A stretch of DNA of 64,000 nt. It comes from Vicugna vicugna. Lineage: Eukaryota. The notes under the pieces were generated by a model that searched no databases, had not been told where the DNA came from, and saw only the letters and a list, made by a program, of their open reading frames with translations. Below are positions 48,668-60,625 of the stretch, one piece after another. Location of the stretch: positions 1,369,525-1,433,524 of the forward strand of contig MU059972.1 of NCBI GenBank assembly GCA_013265495.1, written 5' to 3'. A program made the position numbers and the translations under genes. The stretch's first letter is position 1. Every line of letters begins with the position of its first letter.

Positions 48668-48781
48668 GCATTGAGTCATCCCCGTGGTGTCCAGCTCTGT
48701 GGGATGGGGCAGACCTCCCGGGGCATTGAGTCATCCCCGTGGTGTCCAGCTCTGTGGGATGGGGCAGACCTCCCGGGGCAT
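48668..48781. repeat. Perfect 55-bp tandem duplication containing an AP-1 site in each copy
   Basis: The unit GCATTGAGTCATCCCCGTGGTGTCCAGCTCTGTGGGATGGGGCAGACCTCCCGGG starts at 48668 and 48723. Confidence 0.95.
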
Positions 48782-49789
48782 CTGGGTTCTGCCGCCGTCC
48801 AATTACGTGGCTTCGGGAAGGTCACTTATTATTGTCTTTCTTCGTCAACAGAGTAGACCTAAGTGTGGTTCTGAGAAGCCAGGGAGCCTCAGAGGGCATC
48901 TGGCCCACCCTGGCCTTTGGGCCGGGGTCTGGGGGTGTGGCCTCTCAGCATTTTGTCCCACATGCGTATGTGACCTGTGTCCATCAAGAACTGATGAGAC
49001 CACGTGGTGGACTCAGTGACGAGAAGGACTGACACTCTGACACCTGCTACAGCAGGGCTGGACATTGAAGACGCCATGCTGAGCGAGAGAAGCCGGCACA
49101 GGGGTCCACGTACAAAGTGACTGCGTTTCGGGAGATGACCAGAACAGGCAGATCTGCGGGGCCGGCGGTGGGGTTAGGGCAGGAGGGGAGGCTGGGGCAA
49201 CGACCACCAGGGACTATTCTGTGGGGCCCTTTTTCTCTGGGGTTCTGTTTCGGGGTGATTAAGGTGTTCCAAGATTGATGTGGTGACGGGTCACAGGTCC
49301 CCTGTGAACATACAGAAGGCCGGAGATGCGGGGGTGCTGTGCTGTGCTGTGAATCATATTTCAACGATGCTGTGTTCAGTCGGGAACGAGATGTTGGGTG
49401 CAGAGTGCAGCCCTGTCACAAGGTGCTTGGGGACTGTCCTCCCGCACTGCCGGGCACAGGGGTGGGCCCCATGTGGGCACTTCGCTCCACCTGGGTGTGG
49501 TTAGTGCCCACAGCCCCCTGGCCTGTCAGTCTCACTGGCTTTACTACCCTGGGCCTGCCAAGCCCAGGGGCCGCCGAGGATCCTGCCCCCTCTGAGCAGA
49601 AGCTGCCCAGACCTTTGACTTCCATCGAGGCGCAGACTGGCCAAGAGCCCTGCTGTGTCTCTACGCCATCCAGACAACGGCCCCAGAGCCCTGGCCCCTC
49701 GCGGCGGGCTTCTGCAGGGGTCCCCAGCCCCGGGCAGAAGCAGGAGTGTCCCCATCTGCAGGCTCCACCTCCCACATCTCTGCTTATTG

Positions 49790-50160
49790 CTTCTGTTCCA
49801 GCCGCGTGGCCTCTGCTGCCCTCCAGCCATCAGGCCGGACCCTGCCTCAGGGCCTTTGCACTGGCTGTGTCTCTTGCTAGAAAGCTCTTCCCTTTTGCCT
49901 TCTCCATGCCTTTGCTCAAACGTCACCTTCTCACTGAGGCCTTCAGGACCGCATCCCCGCCCCCCCGCAAACCCCTGCCTTTCTTTCACTGCCTTACTGG
50001 CCTTTTCTCCGTCTCACTTGGCACCGGGTAGACTGTTGAGTGTTTTACACTAGTTCTGTGTGCCGTCTGCCTTCCTCCAGTGCAGGTGTCTGGCGGTGGG
50101 GTTTGCCCGCTTTGTCTGCCCTGTAGCCCCAGGGCCAGAGACAGAGGCGGGTTTACCAAA
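49790..50160 (+). mobile_element. L2 3' region
   Basis: CCTGCCTCAGGGCCTTTGCACTGGCTGTGTCTCTTGCTAGAAAGCTCTTCCC...GCTCAAACGTCACCTTCTCACTGAGGCCTTC. Confidence 0.75.
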
Positions 50161-50554
50161 GGTGCTCGACAGGCAGCCACGAGCGTGTGAGTGATTCCGG
50201 GACCCCCTGGTGTCCCTGGGAACTCGGAGACAGGTTTCTCCCTGTCCTCTTCCAAAGCATGGGAAGCAAGCAAACATGAACTCTGAACACGGGCTCCCGG
50301 CAGCACAGAGACCTGGGCTGTCCGGGCCCACTGCACCCACGCCCTCGCCGTGAGAAGGAAACCCCGGCCTGAGTCAAGGAGTCCGGCCCACACGGGACAT
50401 CCTGCACATGTGTCATTTCCACAGCCCTCGCGCTGGGGACGATAAGCATAGAATCACCGTGGGATCCAGCACTTCTGCCTCCGCGTATGTCCCCAGAGTC
50501 ACCAACGGCAGGGTCTTGTGGAGATTTACACACCCGTGTTCGTGGCAACGTGAC

Positions 50555-50995
50555 TCACAACTGCCCAGAGGTGGAATCATCCCCGGTGTCCGCTGACGGG
50601 TGATGGCCAGACAGAGCGTGGCCCATCCGCACAGCGGAATGTGATTCCGCCTTAAGAAGGGAGGCGATGCTGACGCAGGCTACGCACAGGTGCACCTTGA
50701 GGACGTGCTGCTGAGTGAGACGTCAGCCACTAGAGGACAAACCCTGTATTATGCCACTTCCATGAGGTCCCTAGAACAGCACATTCGTAGAGACAGGAAG
50801 GAGAAGGGTGGGTGCTGGGGGCCGGGTGGGGGGGAGGGGGGGGTAGTTCATGGGGACAGAGTTTCCGTCTGAAGTGTCGAAAAAGTTATGGAGACGATGG
50901 TTGCACAATAACGTGAACGTGCTTAACGCCACTGAACCGCGCACTTAAAATGGGTTAAAACTGTCAGTTTTGTATTGTGTATGTTATTACATCTC
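50555..50995 (+). mobile_element. L1MB-type 3' end
   Basis: CACCTTGAGGACGTGCTGCTGAGTGAGACGTCAGCCAC...GATGGTTGCACAATAACGTGAACGTGCTTAACGCCACTGAACCGCGCACTTAAAATGGGTTAAAA. Confidence 0.85.
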
Positions 50996-51244
50996 GGCCT
51001 TTAAAAGTGTGGTATCTTCACAGCCAAAGCACATGAAGTGAGTCACTTTAAAAGAAAACCACGAGGCTGTGGTGGGCATCGCTGCTCTGCAAGGAAGGCT
51101 CACATTTTCTTATTACAGTTTCCAAATGCGGCAACCACGGCCACAGCCCTTGTCTCAGGGACACGCGTCCCTCCAGGCTGCCTCCCTGAGATAAAAGCGA
51201 GTGCAATGCCGCCTCCTGAGCGCTGACGCAGTCTTCTCTCCCAG

Positions 51245-51400
51245 GACGCACGGGTGGCCGTGGGCCCCTTCCAGCCCTCCCGCCTGCTGCCCGCCTGCCG
51301 GGACTACTGGACGTACCTGGGCTCCCTCACCACGCCTCCGCTCTCCGAGTCGGTCACCTGGATGGTCCACAGGAAGCCCATTGAGGTGGCTCAGGACCAG
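51245..51400 (+). CDS. CA5A: CA5A exon 6 (156 nt): [52 protein letters not shown]
   Basis: Contains DYWTY-GSLTTPP (Thr199/Thr200) and ESVTW. Acceptor tcttctctcccag, donor CAG|GTGAGC. Confidence 0.97.
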
Positions 51401-52129
51401 GTGAGCTGCGCCTGTACCCGGTGACCGAGCACAGCTCCTTCTGACCCTGCGATATTGGTGTGCGAGAGGGAGACAGGGAGAGACTGGGAGAAACACAGGG
51501 AGGGAAGGAGGGCTGAGGGGGGGGACCTGGGGGGACAGTTATATTTAGCACTGTTTAATCTCAGTGGTCAGGACCCAGGCGTGGCAAGTCTCCCGATGAT
51601 GAATGGCCGGACAAGGCGAGTGCCAGCTCTTCAGTCCATGTTGGGGTAAAACCCCTTTCAAAGAGCAGAAGTGGCCTTAGAGCTGGGACACAGTCCCTGC
51701 CGTATTGGGATCTCAGTAGGCGCACGTGGGTGTGAGGGTTGCCAAGGGGCAGAGCCTGGCTGGGGCTGGCGGGGGCTGGCTCACGGAGCTGCTGTCAGAT
51801 GTCCCCGGGGCTGGGAGACTCATCCCCGACGCGGCTCACTCAAGCGGCTGGCGAGCTGTGCTGGCTGTTGGCTGGAGGCCCTTTCCCTTCCGCATGGGCC
51901 TCTCCATCCTCACAGCATGGCGGTGGGCTCCCCAGAGCAGGGCATGAAGGAAACCAAGAAGGAAGCGGCAGAGCCTTTTCTGACCCACCGGAGGCATCAC
52001 CTCCGCCGCGTCGCTGTGGTCCTATAGGTCCTTGATTCAGTGTGGAGGGGACGGCACGAGACACAGGGGTACGGGCGCTGGCCCACTCTGCACCTGCACC
52101 CAGCTCACCCTGCTCACCCTCCGTTCCAG

Positions 52130-52273
52130 CTGGATGCCTTGCGCACACTCCTGGTCACTGCACTTGGTGAAGAAGAGAAGACGATGGCGAACAACTACCG
52201 CCCGCTTCAACCCCTGATGAACCGCACGGTCCGCTCGTCCTTCCAGGCCACTGAGGACGGCGCAGGATCCTAA
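52130..52273 (+). CDS. CA5A: CA5A exon 7 coding part (144 nt): [47 protein letters not shown]
   Basis: Contains the NNYRPLQPL motif and TAA at 52271-52273. The exon sum 157+198+119+96+63+156+144 = 933 nt gives 310 aa plus stop with no frameshift. Confidence 0.97.
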   Translation: MDALRTLLVTALGEEEKTMANNYRPLQPLMNRTVRSSFQATEDGAGS

Positions 52274-52699
52274 ATCCCGTGTCTGAGCTAATGGGAGAAC
52301 TGACTTTAGAAAGAGAAAGGCCGGTTGCCCAAACTTCACAGTCTGATCAAATGTAATCTCTGAAGTTAGAAAGAGAGAAAGAGGTCTTGATTTTGGTCCA
52401 GACTTCTCAGCTGCAAGGAAAAGGGTCAGTTCACAGAGGCTTGAGCACAGCCGGGAGCGGACACGTGGGGCACGGAGGGTCTCAGGGCCCGAGCGAGCCC
52501 TGCCGACTGAGGCCGTCCGCCCAGCCCTCTCTCAGGCCCGTGGTTTCCTCTCTCCAGATGGGCGCCCTGCTTCTCCACACACATGGTCGCCCCATGGTTT
52601 CCAGGCAACACAGAGGCTGAGACTAACACCTTCCTTCCCAGTTCCGAGTTCCGGGCTGCACCAGTGCCTGGAGCTGCCGAAACGGGGCTGGGGTGGGCT

Positions 52700-53165
52700 T
52701 CAAATTCAGCAGGAATGTATTTTCCTTCCCACAGTTCTGACACTGGTGGTCCCAGATCAAGGTGCCAGCATGGCCTGGTTCTTGGAGGGGGCTCTTTTGG
52801 CTTCTTGCTCTGTCCACGTGGCCTTTCCTAGGGACACGCACACTGAGAGAGCTCCCTCTCTTCTCCTTAAAAGGCCACTGACCCTATCGGACCGTGACCT
52901 CATCTAGCCGTAATTCCCTCCTGAAGTCCCATCTCCAAATACAACCACGTTGCAGGCTTCAGCGTGTGAACTTGAGGGGCATGCGGCTCAGCCCCAGCAG
53001 CCACAAGGCAGCAGTGGAGGTGGGGCGCTTACAAGCAACAGACCTTTCTCACAGTTCTGGAGGCCAGAAGCCCACATTCAAGGTGCAGGCACAGCTGGGC
53101 CCCTCTGGAGGCTCCTGGCCTTTTCTAGCGTCTAGAGGCACGTGCGTCCCTTGGCTTGTGTCCCC
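52700..53165 (-). mobile_element. Two adjacent MLT1 (MaLR) LTR fragments
   Basis: TCCCACAGTTCTGACACTGG...GATCAAGGTGCCAGCA...CCCATCTCCAAATACAACCAC at about 52700-52995, and CTTTCTCACAGTTCTGGAGGCCAGAAGCCCACATTCAAGGTG at about 53020-53165. Confidence 0.7.
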
Positions 53166-53274
53166 TTCCTCCATCCTCAAAGCCAAGGAGTTTCCCAAAG
53201 TGATTGCTCAGGACAGGCCACCACTTAATTGTGGTCATCCTGGAGGGGGTGTGATGGTTTCTCACTGTGGGTTT

Positions 53275-53610
53275 TTTTAATTGTGGTAAAACACACGTAA
53301 CACAGAAGTACCACCCACCTACAGTGTACAGCTCCGTGGTATTAGGTGCATTCACAGTGCTCTGCCGCCGTCACCACCACCCACCCCACGGCTCTTCCCA
53401 TCTTGCAAAACTGGGGCTCTGTCCCCACGACACGCGCACTCTCCGGCCCCCGCGCCCACCGTCCTACTTTCTGTCTCTGAGAACGTGGCTGCTCCAGGGA
53501 CCTCATATGAGTGGAACCGCACACTATGTCTCTTTCTCCAGCTTATTTCGCTGAGTCCTCAAGGTTCACCCACGTGGTATCAGGTGTCAGGATTTCCTCC
53601 CTTTGTCAGG
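53275..53610 (-). mobile_element. L1MA/L1MB 3' end
   Basis: TTTAATTGTGGTAAAACACACGTAACAC...GTGTACAGCTCCGTGGTATTAGGTGCATTCACAGTG...GGACCTCATATGAGTGGAACC. Confidence 0.8.
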
Positions 53611-55109
53611 TTGAGTAATAGCCCAAGTGATAACAGTGTTTTTATTTTTGTGGCCTTGAAATGACTCCCTGGGGCAGGGGTGCGGCTCTACAAGCCACCT
53701 ACCCGCGTTATCTTCCACCGTTACCTGCCTGTCAGATAAACAGTGAAAAACAGCCCAGAAACGGAAGCAAACGCCGCCGGCCCCCCAGGGACGGGGATAA
53801 ACGCCGCTTCATCTGGGGCGATAAGGAGACTGACGGTCTGCAAATAACACCTAAAATCAAAGGGAACCCGTGTTCTGGGTGTGGTTTATTTTGGCAGAGG
53901 TTTGCCTTTTCTTCTCCAATCACAGAGCTTCCTAGAGGATCAACAGTTTACAGTCTGGCTTTGGGCCGTTCGGGGTTCCGGCGCCTGCTACAGAGACAGG
54001 CGCGCCAAGCTTCCTCACACACCTGCTTCCTGAGAAGGTGCGGCCGCTCACCAGCGCGGGTGCCGTACAACGCTCGGTCCAAGGCAGCGCGACAGGCGCA
54101 CGCGGGACACGGCGTCATTTCTGCTTCGCCACAAGACAAGAGTGTGGGGGCTTTGGTGGTGGTTGGGGCATGGCGGTCTGGCTGGGTGCAGAGCACAGGC
54201 CGGGTGGACGGCTCCGGCCACCACAGACCGATGGTGTCCAGCGGCGAGGGAGATCTTTCAGAGTTTGCTTTGGACGCCAAAGTATTTCTGGTCTTTTGGG
54301 GAAATGTAGCCATTCCTGAGTGTCAGGTGAGGGGGTTTTAGCCCATAAGGAGAGTTTCCTGCAGCCACTGTAAAGAAAGGCCACGTTAGGAAGCTCCTGC
54401 CTCATGAGGACCCGTGACGACTCCGGGCCCAGCGGATCCGCCAGGCCCTCTCCTGTCTCACGATTCTTAACGCCACGACACCTGCAAGTGCCCTGGCCAT
54501 CTAAGGTCAGGCGTCTACAGGTCCTGGGGTCAGGGTGTGGACGTTTCCTGTGACATGGAACGTTCCGGAGCTGCCCTGCAAGACAGCCCTTGGGCACACA
54601 CAGCCGCTGGGCGCTTGAAACATGGTCAGTGAGATGGAGGCACAGAATTTCACCTGTACACACTTCCAGCTGAGTAAGTTGGAAGGTTGCATGCGACGGG
54701 CTGGTGGCCGTCACGTTGGACACCGCCTCTCCGTCCTGGCCCAGCGTGCGTGGGTTGGTGCGTCTGTGAGAGCCCCGGGCGCGCGCGGTGTGACGCGCAT
54801 GGCGTTTGGAGAGACGCTCTTCTGCCCCTTGAAGGCAGAGTTTCCTGAGCTCTGCACACAGACACGAGGCCGCCTGGGGTCCCGCTCACGCGCTTCCAGG
54901 GAGCAGGGCGGGGCTGGGAGGGCTGGGCGCTCTGTCCAGGGCGCGGCGGGAAGACCCGTCAGGGACCGCGGCTCACTCGGGGCAGGCCCTCGTCAGCCCC
55001 GAGGGCCTTGCGGAGTCCCTGCCCCCAGGCCACTGGCACCACCAAGGAAAGTGGACTCCGTTTAGTGAGGCAGGACACAGGTCGTTCGTCCTCAACAAAT
55101 TTGGTGTAA

Positions 55110-55115
55110 AATAAA
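55110..55115 (+). terminator. First canonical AATAAA downstream of the CA5A stop (candidate distal poly(A) signal)
   Basis: A manual scan of 52274-55109 found no AATAAA or ATTAAA. This site is followed by the U/GU-rich CATGTTTTGGCTCTTTTTT. Confidence 0.35.
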
Positions 55116-58100
55116 CATGTTTTGGCTCTTTTTTAAAAAGGATCAGGTTTAGTGGTGATGTCGGTAAAAGCAGACCGGCTTCAAGGAGTCAAAATAGATG
55201 CTGGAAAAGGAAAAGATCAAGAAAGACACATTTCTGTGGAGCTTCTGAGCTGACGTCCCCGCCCTGTTGCAATGGCTAATTGAGAGGAGTTTACCCAACA
55301 AAGGGCTGCCACCACCACCAGTGACACGGGGGACAGGCTCCCCCGCCGGGCCCTGGGCTCAGCACTCCCACAGACGTTCAGCAGCCCTCAGCCCCACTGT
55401 GTGTCTGAAGCACGTGGGGGCCCAGCCCTGGCCCCTGGAGCTGAGGGTCAGGGTTTTAAAATCTCCCCAGGCGACTGGACGGTGTGGCTGGGCTGGAGGC
55501 CACAGCTGTTCCACTTACATTTGTCATAACAAGTTCTATGAAAGGTCTGTGCCCTCACCCCCAGGTAGTAACATGGAAACCAGGCTCCCAGGAAAGGTGG
55601 AGACACTGCCCCGGAAGAGGCAGAGCCCAGAGCACCCATTTCCAGGTTACGGGCCGTCCTCCCAGGGCCCCACAGCCTTGGCTCCTGCCTCCCTGATGTG
55701 TGCTATTAAATTAAGGGAAAGAGGTAGCTCAAGGCAAAACGACCAAGTCCTGAACTTCACACTTTCGTGAGAAGTTGAGTAATGACCTGCAGTTACATTT
55801 TGATGGAAACGCCGCCCAACAAGGCACCTGCTCAGACGCCCTGCAGCCTGTGAGGCTGCTGTTCTCAGATGTGGAAGGAAGGCCAGTGACCGGAGGGGGG
55901 TCTCCAAGTCAGGGCTTGTGGGGAGAGAGAGCAGCCACGTGGCAGCTGCCTGCTTGCACAGGGCCTTGGGAACAGAGAAAGGCCATGACAGGGGCCTTCA
56001 AGGAGGAGAGAGGACCGTGGGGCCCTGAGCCCAGCTCCCCCCACCGCACGGAGAGAGTGCGTCCCAGCCAGAACCCCAAGAGCAAGGGGTGCCTTCACCT
56101 CCGCTTTCACAGCGACGGAGGGCTTTCCTCCGTGTGCCCCGCAGTCTTCGTCTCCTGGTAGATGTTCTGCTTTGTAGGTTATTTTTAAAATCTGGCGTGA
56201 GCCCTGGGACGCTGTACGTCTCCTGGGAACCACACCAAGCCTGGACACAGAGAAACCATAAACACACGGAGAGGAAAGACGTGGATCTCAAAGCCACGGA
56301 ACAGAAAACAGACACGAGCAGGGCCGCTCCCTGTCCTGAGTGGCGGCCAGACACCGGGGGCGAGGTCTGTGGGTCTGCGGGGTGCGTCCTGTGATGTGAC
56401 GGTGGCTGTGGATTGTTTTGTAGGATTCCTGGCCCGAACAATCAACTTCAAAGCTTATTCCCTTTGCTTTTATGTTATTTTCTGTTTTTGTGAAAGTCCA
56501 AGTGTGTGCCCCGCCCACCACCCTCGTCCATCCTGTGCCAAACAGGGATCCAGGCCCTTCCCACCCTGGCCCCCCCGACGGCCGTCCCCGGGGGCCCTGG
56601 TCACCCCACTCTCTCACCTGCCTGCCACCTGCTCCTCCTCTCCTGGATCCCCCAGACTGCGCCTGGTGAACAGCTGTGCCCTGGCGACAACGGGGTGCCT
56701 CATCTGCAGGGCCTGTCTGGCCTCGGGAAAGGCCTCGGTCCACGCACTAAGGCCAGTCTCGGGGAGCCGCCCGGAGCTCCCTGCCCCTTATTCCTGCATT
56801 CCAGGCATCAGTGGGTCCTGTGGGTGACACCCCTCCCTGCCAGGTGTCCCACCCCCACTCCTGTTCTCCATTCTCTGCATTTCCACAGCCCCCAGGCTGC
56901 CACATCTCTAGCCTGAATTGTACCTCCAGCCCTCTGGTTTCGTGCTTTCCTTCCAGCGGCGCCCCATCTCCACCTGATCCATTCTTCTCTCGACGGTGCA
57001 GAGATTTGGGGGGTGTCAGCAGGACCGTTCTGCTTCCCTGTGTAAAGCCTAGGCTCCCATTACCCTTGGAGTTAAGCATGTGCCTCTTCCTGCGTGACCT
57101 GGACCCCCACGCTCCCTTCACGTCGGCCTCTGCACGCAGGGCCCTTGTTGCTTGGGTTGCATCGCCCATTGTCCCCCTCCTCCGCAGCCTGACCCAGAGC
57201 ACAGCCTCCCTGCCGCCCCGCCCCCTGCCGTGCGGCCAGGAGGGTGTATCCTCACCTGCTCGCTTGCTCACGGCACTGAGTAAATACCCGTTTAGCAGAA
57301 ACTGACAGCGGTGCCCCCGCTCCTACAGCCGGGTGCTGCTGGCTGCCCCGTCAGTGGTGCGTGCTCTGCCTCGGCACCTTGACGTGCTGTTCCCCCTCCC
57401 TCAAATGCCCCCCCCCGCCGCTGCTGTGCTCCTGGACTTCTTTCAGGCTCAGCCCAAAGCCTCCTCTTCTGCAACACGTTCCTCCTGTAAGCCAGCAGTC
57501 ACCCCGCCCTGGGTGCTGCGCACCGCCTGCCGATGTGCATTCTCACGCGCTCACATGTCGCCCACAGGATGCGGAGACCTCGGGCGTCGTGTTCTTCCAA
57601 GGCGCGTGACCGTGACGTGTCAGCACGCAGATGGAAGCAAGGCCAAGGGTTAGATGCCTCAGGTGACATAGTCAAATACTCACCTCTGGTCTTGGATCTG
57701 ATGCTCATAATTTGGGAAGTCCAGAGAAAGGAAGCAGAGTGGAGCAGGCGCGGGGCCGGTGCGGACGGGGCACGGCTCAGTGCAGAGAAGGCGGAGAGCA
57801 GGCACTGTGTGCAGCCCTCGCGACAGCAGGACTATGCACATTAGTGAACAAGGTTACCGGGACGCTTCTGAGGTACAGACCTGAACTCTCAGCTCCCAAG
57901 ATCTGCCTTCACAGCTCTGACCCCCGCCCCTACCCTGGGGTGTGCGGCGTTCTCCCCTGGGCCTCTGCGCCGGAAGCTGAGAGGAAGGACATAGGAGCCC
58001 ATGTGAGCGGCTCTGCACAACAGAGTGTCTACAGAAAGACAAGAGCTGTGGGCCCGGATACCGCTGAACATGGGGTGGGGGATGCAGGCCGAGCGCTCCT

Positions 58101-60254
58101 CGTGGTCCAGGGCCAGTGGGCACAAGTCCGACCTGAGAGTCCGTTCGTCCCCAGGTTTCCTCACACACACACAGGCTGGGTTGGCTCCCACGTGCATGGA
58201 AATGCTAAAATGTACGTCAACAGGGAAGAACAATCTTGTGTTTCCGCCATCCTTAAGATACGCTCACCAACTGCAACATTGAAGATAAAGACAGTGTATT
58301 TTTTCAGTGTCAAGATTATTCTGTCAGTATTTCCTGTGTCACTTTGGGAGTTTTGTTTTTCTTTCGTGACATTGAAATAGGGGATTTATTTATAAGCAAA
58401 GTGAAATCTTCTGATCCTTTTTACTGAATTCTGGAAATCCAGAGGAGGCCATCCTACAGCTGTTCTGGGTCCCTGAACACATAAATGCAAATCAAAGGTG
58501 CAGACTCCAAAAAGAGGCGTGACACTCAGGCTTTGCGCATGGATGCGCTTTGCACATTCTTTGATTTGTTTCGTCATTCCTTAATGAAACACACAGCTTC
58601 ACCCCAACTGAACATCACGGTTGATCGAACACCGCCTGCCAGTGTGTGCCAGTGAGGGTGTGAGGCAATTGCGGAGCATCAGTGACCCAGACAACAAGCA
58701 GCCTGGGACCCTCCCCCCCACGTCCCGGGGCGCTTGCCTCAGCAGGAGAGACGGTCCAGGCGCGGCAGACAGAACAAGCAAGTGCGGGACATGCTGGAGG
58801 TGACTAGGGCCCCGGGGAAAGCAAAATGAGGGCAGAGGCCAGGTGCCGGCTCAGAGTGGGCCTACAGGAGGTGAGGGGCGAGGCGTGAAGGTACCGGGGA
58901 TGGTTCTGGAAAGTTCAGGAGCAGCAGAGGGACTGGCGGGGCCAGGATAAAGCGAGCACAGGGCAAAGTGGCAGGAGAGGAGCTCAGAGATCTGATCAGA
59001 GGGGACCGCATCCAGAGTGGGCTTGGGGGCCACATACAGGTTGGGGCTTTGCCCGAGGGAGTGGGGACAGCCACAGCACGTCTCAGGTTCTCGGAGAGGG
59101 GAGACACGGGGCAATGGGCAAACCATGCCGGGCAGAACCGCGCTGGCAGCTGGGCTGGCAAGTGCTGGCTGCAGAGACGTCTGCAGGGTGACTCCCAGCC
59201 CTCCCGGCCGGGGCTGAGAGAAGGCATCGAGGGTAAAGCTGAGGCCTCTGGTGCCGCCTCTCGGGGGACAGAGTTGTCCTCAGCTGGCCTGGAAGGCTGG
59301 GGGCAGGGACAGCCTCGGGCAGACAGGCAGACCTCGCAGCTGAAGGCCTCGCAGCCCTGCTCCGGGCTCTGTGGGCGTTTTCAGCTGTGAGAGCCGCGCT
59401 TTTCGTGTATTTCCCACTCACTTCTGGAACCTGTAAAGGGCAAAATGGTGAGTGGAGGAAGATGGTCAGACCCTTGGCGGGCAGGGCAGCCCCGTGGGCT
59501 GTGGGGGAGCCCAGGCTGCTCTGGGGCTCCTGTGGAACGCCCCCAGAACGGAGCCCTCGGTGGCTGGTCCTCTGGCTGGTCACTCCAGGCCTCTGGAGAA
59601 AAGGCCAGGAGAACCCTGAGTCCTGTCCCGCTGGTGTGGGTGGTCAGTGCCAAGGGGCAATTTCTGTGGCCGGAAACCGACAGGGCTGTTAACATCACCT
59701 GGCCCAGGTCTTGGGGGAAAGGGGATCGGGGGGGCTGTTCTCAGAGGAGGGTGGGCGCTGGGTGGGAGCTCTAGGGGGTCTGCTGTCACTATGGGCGAGC
59801 TGGGGGCTGGGGGGCACAGAGCAGAAAGCAAAATGAACTCATTCCAGGGGCTCGTCGGCTGCGCGACCCAGACATTCCTGCCCCGAGACCATGCCCGGAC
59901 AGTGACCACGTGGGGACGGTGACCACCGCTCACCACGAGACAGTGGCAAGTGCAGCGCTGAGACCACCATCCTCTCCACGTCTCCTCTGACGCACCTTCC
60001 AGCTCAGCCTCCTCTGGGAAAGGAAGTGGAGGGCGGAGGGTGGCGGCCCGGCACCCACTGGCCCCACTACGGGGAAGGGGGGCTTCGCCGCTGGCCCCTC
60101 CCACCGCCCAGAGACCGGGCTTGGTGTCCCACTTCCTGGAAGGGGAAACTGAGTCTCTGGAAGCTGAGTGGCCTCCCTCCTCCCAGCCCATCAACCACAG
60201 TGGCAGAGGTGGGATTTGAACCCAGGGCCTCTGACTGTAGGCCTGCCTGGTTTT

Positions 60255-60625
60255 TTAATTTTTTTTGGGGTAAAAATTCACATAATATAAAATCAGCCAT
60301 TAGCCACTTTAAAGTGGACCATTCCGTGGCATTCCGTGCAACCTTCACCGCTGTTGGTTCCAAAGCATTTCATCGCTCCAGAGAGAAACCCAGTCTCTCT
60401 ACTGTCACTCCCCACCCTGCCCCAGCCCCCAGCAACCACTAACGGACTTTATGCCTCCCCAGATTTACCTTTTCTGGACGTTTCTTACAGATGAAACCAC
60501 ACAGCAGCGCGCGTCAGCTCCTCCCCAGAGCAGAGGGTTTTTCTGGTTAATCTACGTTGTGGTGCATGTCAGTGCCTCACTCTTTTTTATGGCTGAATGG
60601 TGGTCCCCTGTGCAGAGAGGCCACA
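60255..60625 (-). mobile_element. L1MB 3' end
   Basis: AAAATTCACATAATATAAAATCAGCCATTAGCCACTTTAAAGTG...CAGCCCCCAGCAACCACTAA...TTTACCTTTTCTGGACGTTTC. Confidence 0.8.

Noticed and set aside
49339-50031. 230-aa ORF in CA5A intron 5
   Set aside because: Starts at a non-ATG codon, is Pro/Ser/Ala-rich and runs into an L2 relic.
53661-54341. 226-aa plus-strand ORF downstream of CA5A
   Set aside because: Arg/Gly/Ser-rich composition with no recognisable domain and overlapping ORFs in several frames, as expected by chance in GC-rich DNA.
57816-57825. CCTCGCGACA resembling the BANP motif TCTCGCGAGA
   Set aside because: Two mismatches and not in a promoter context.
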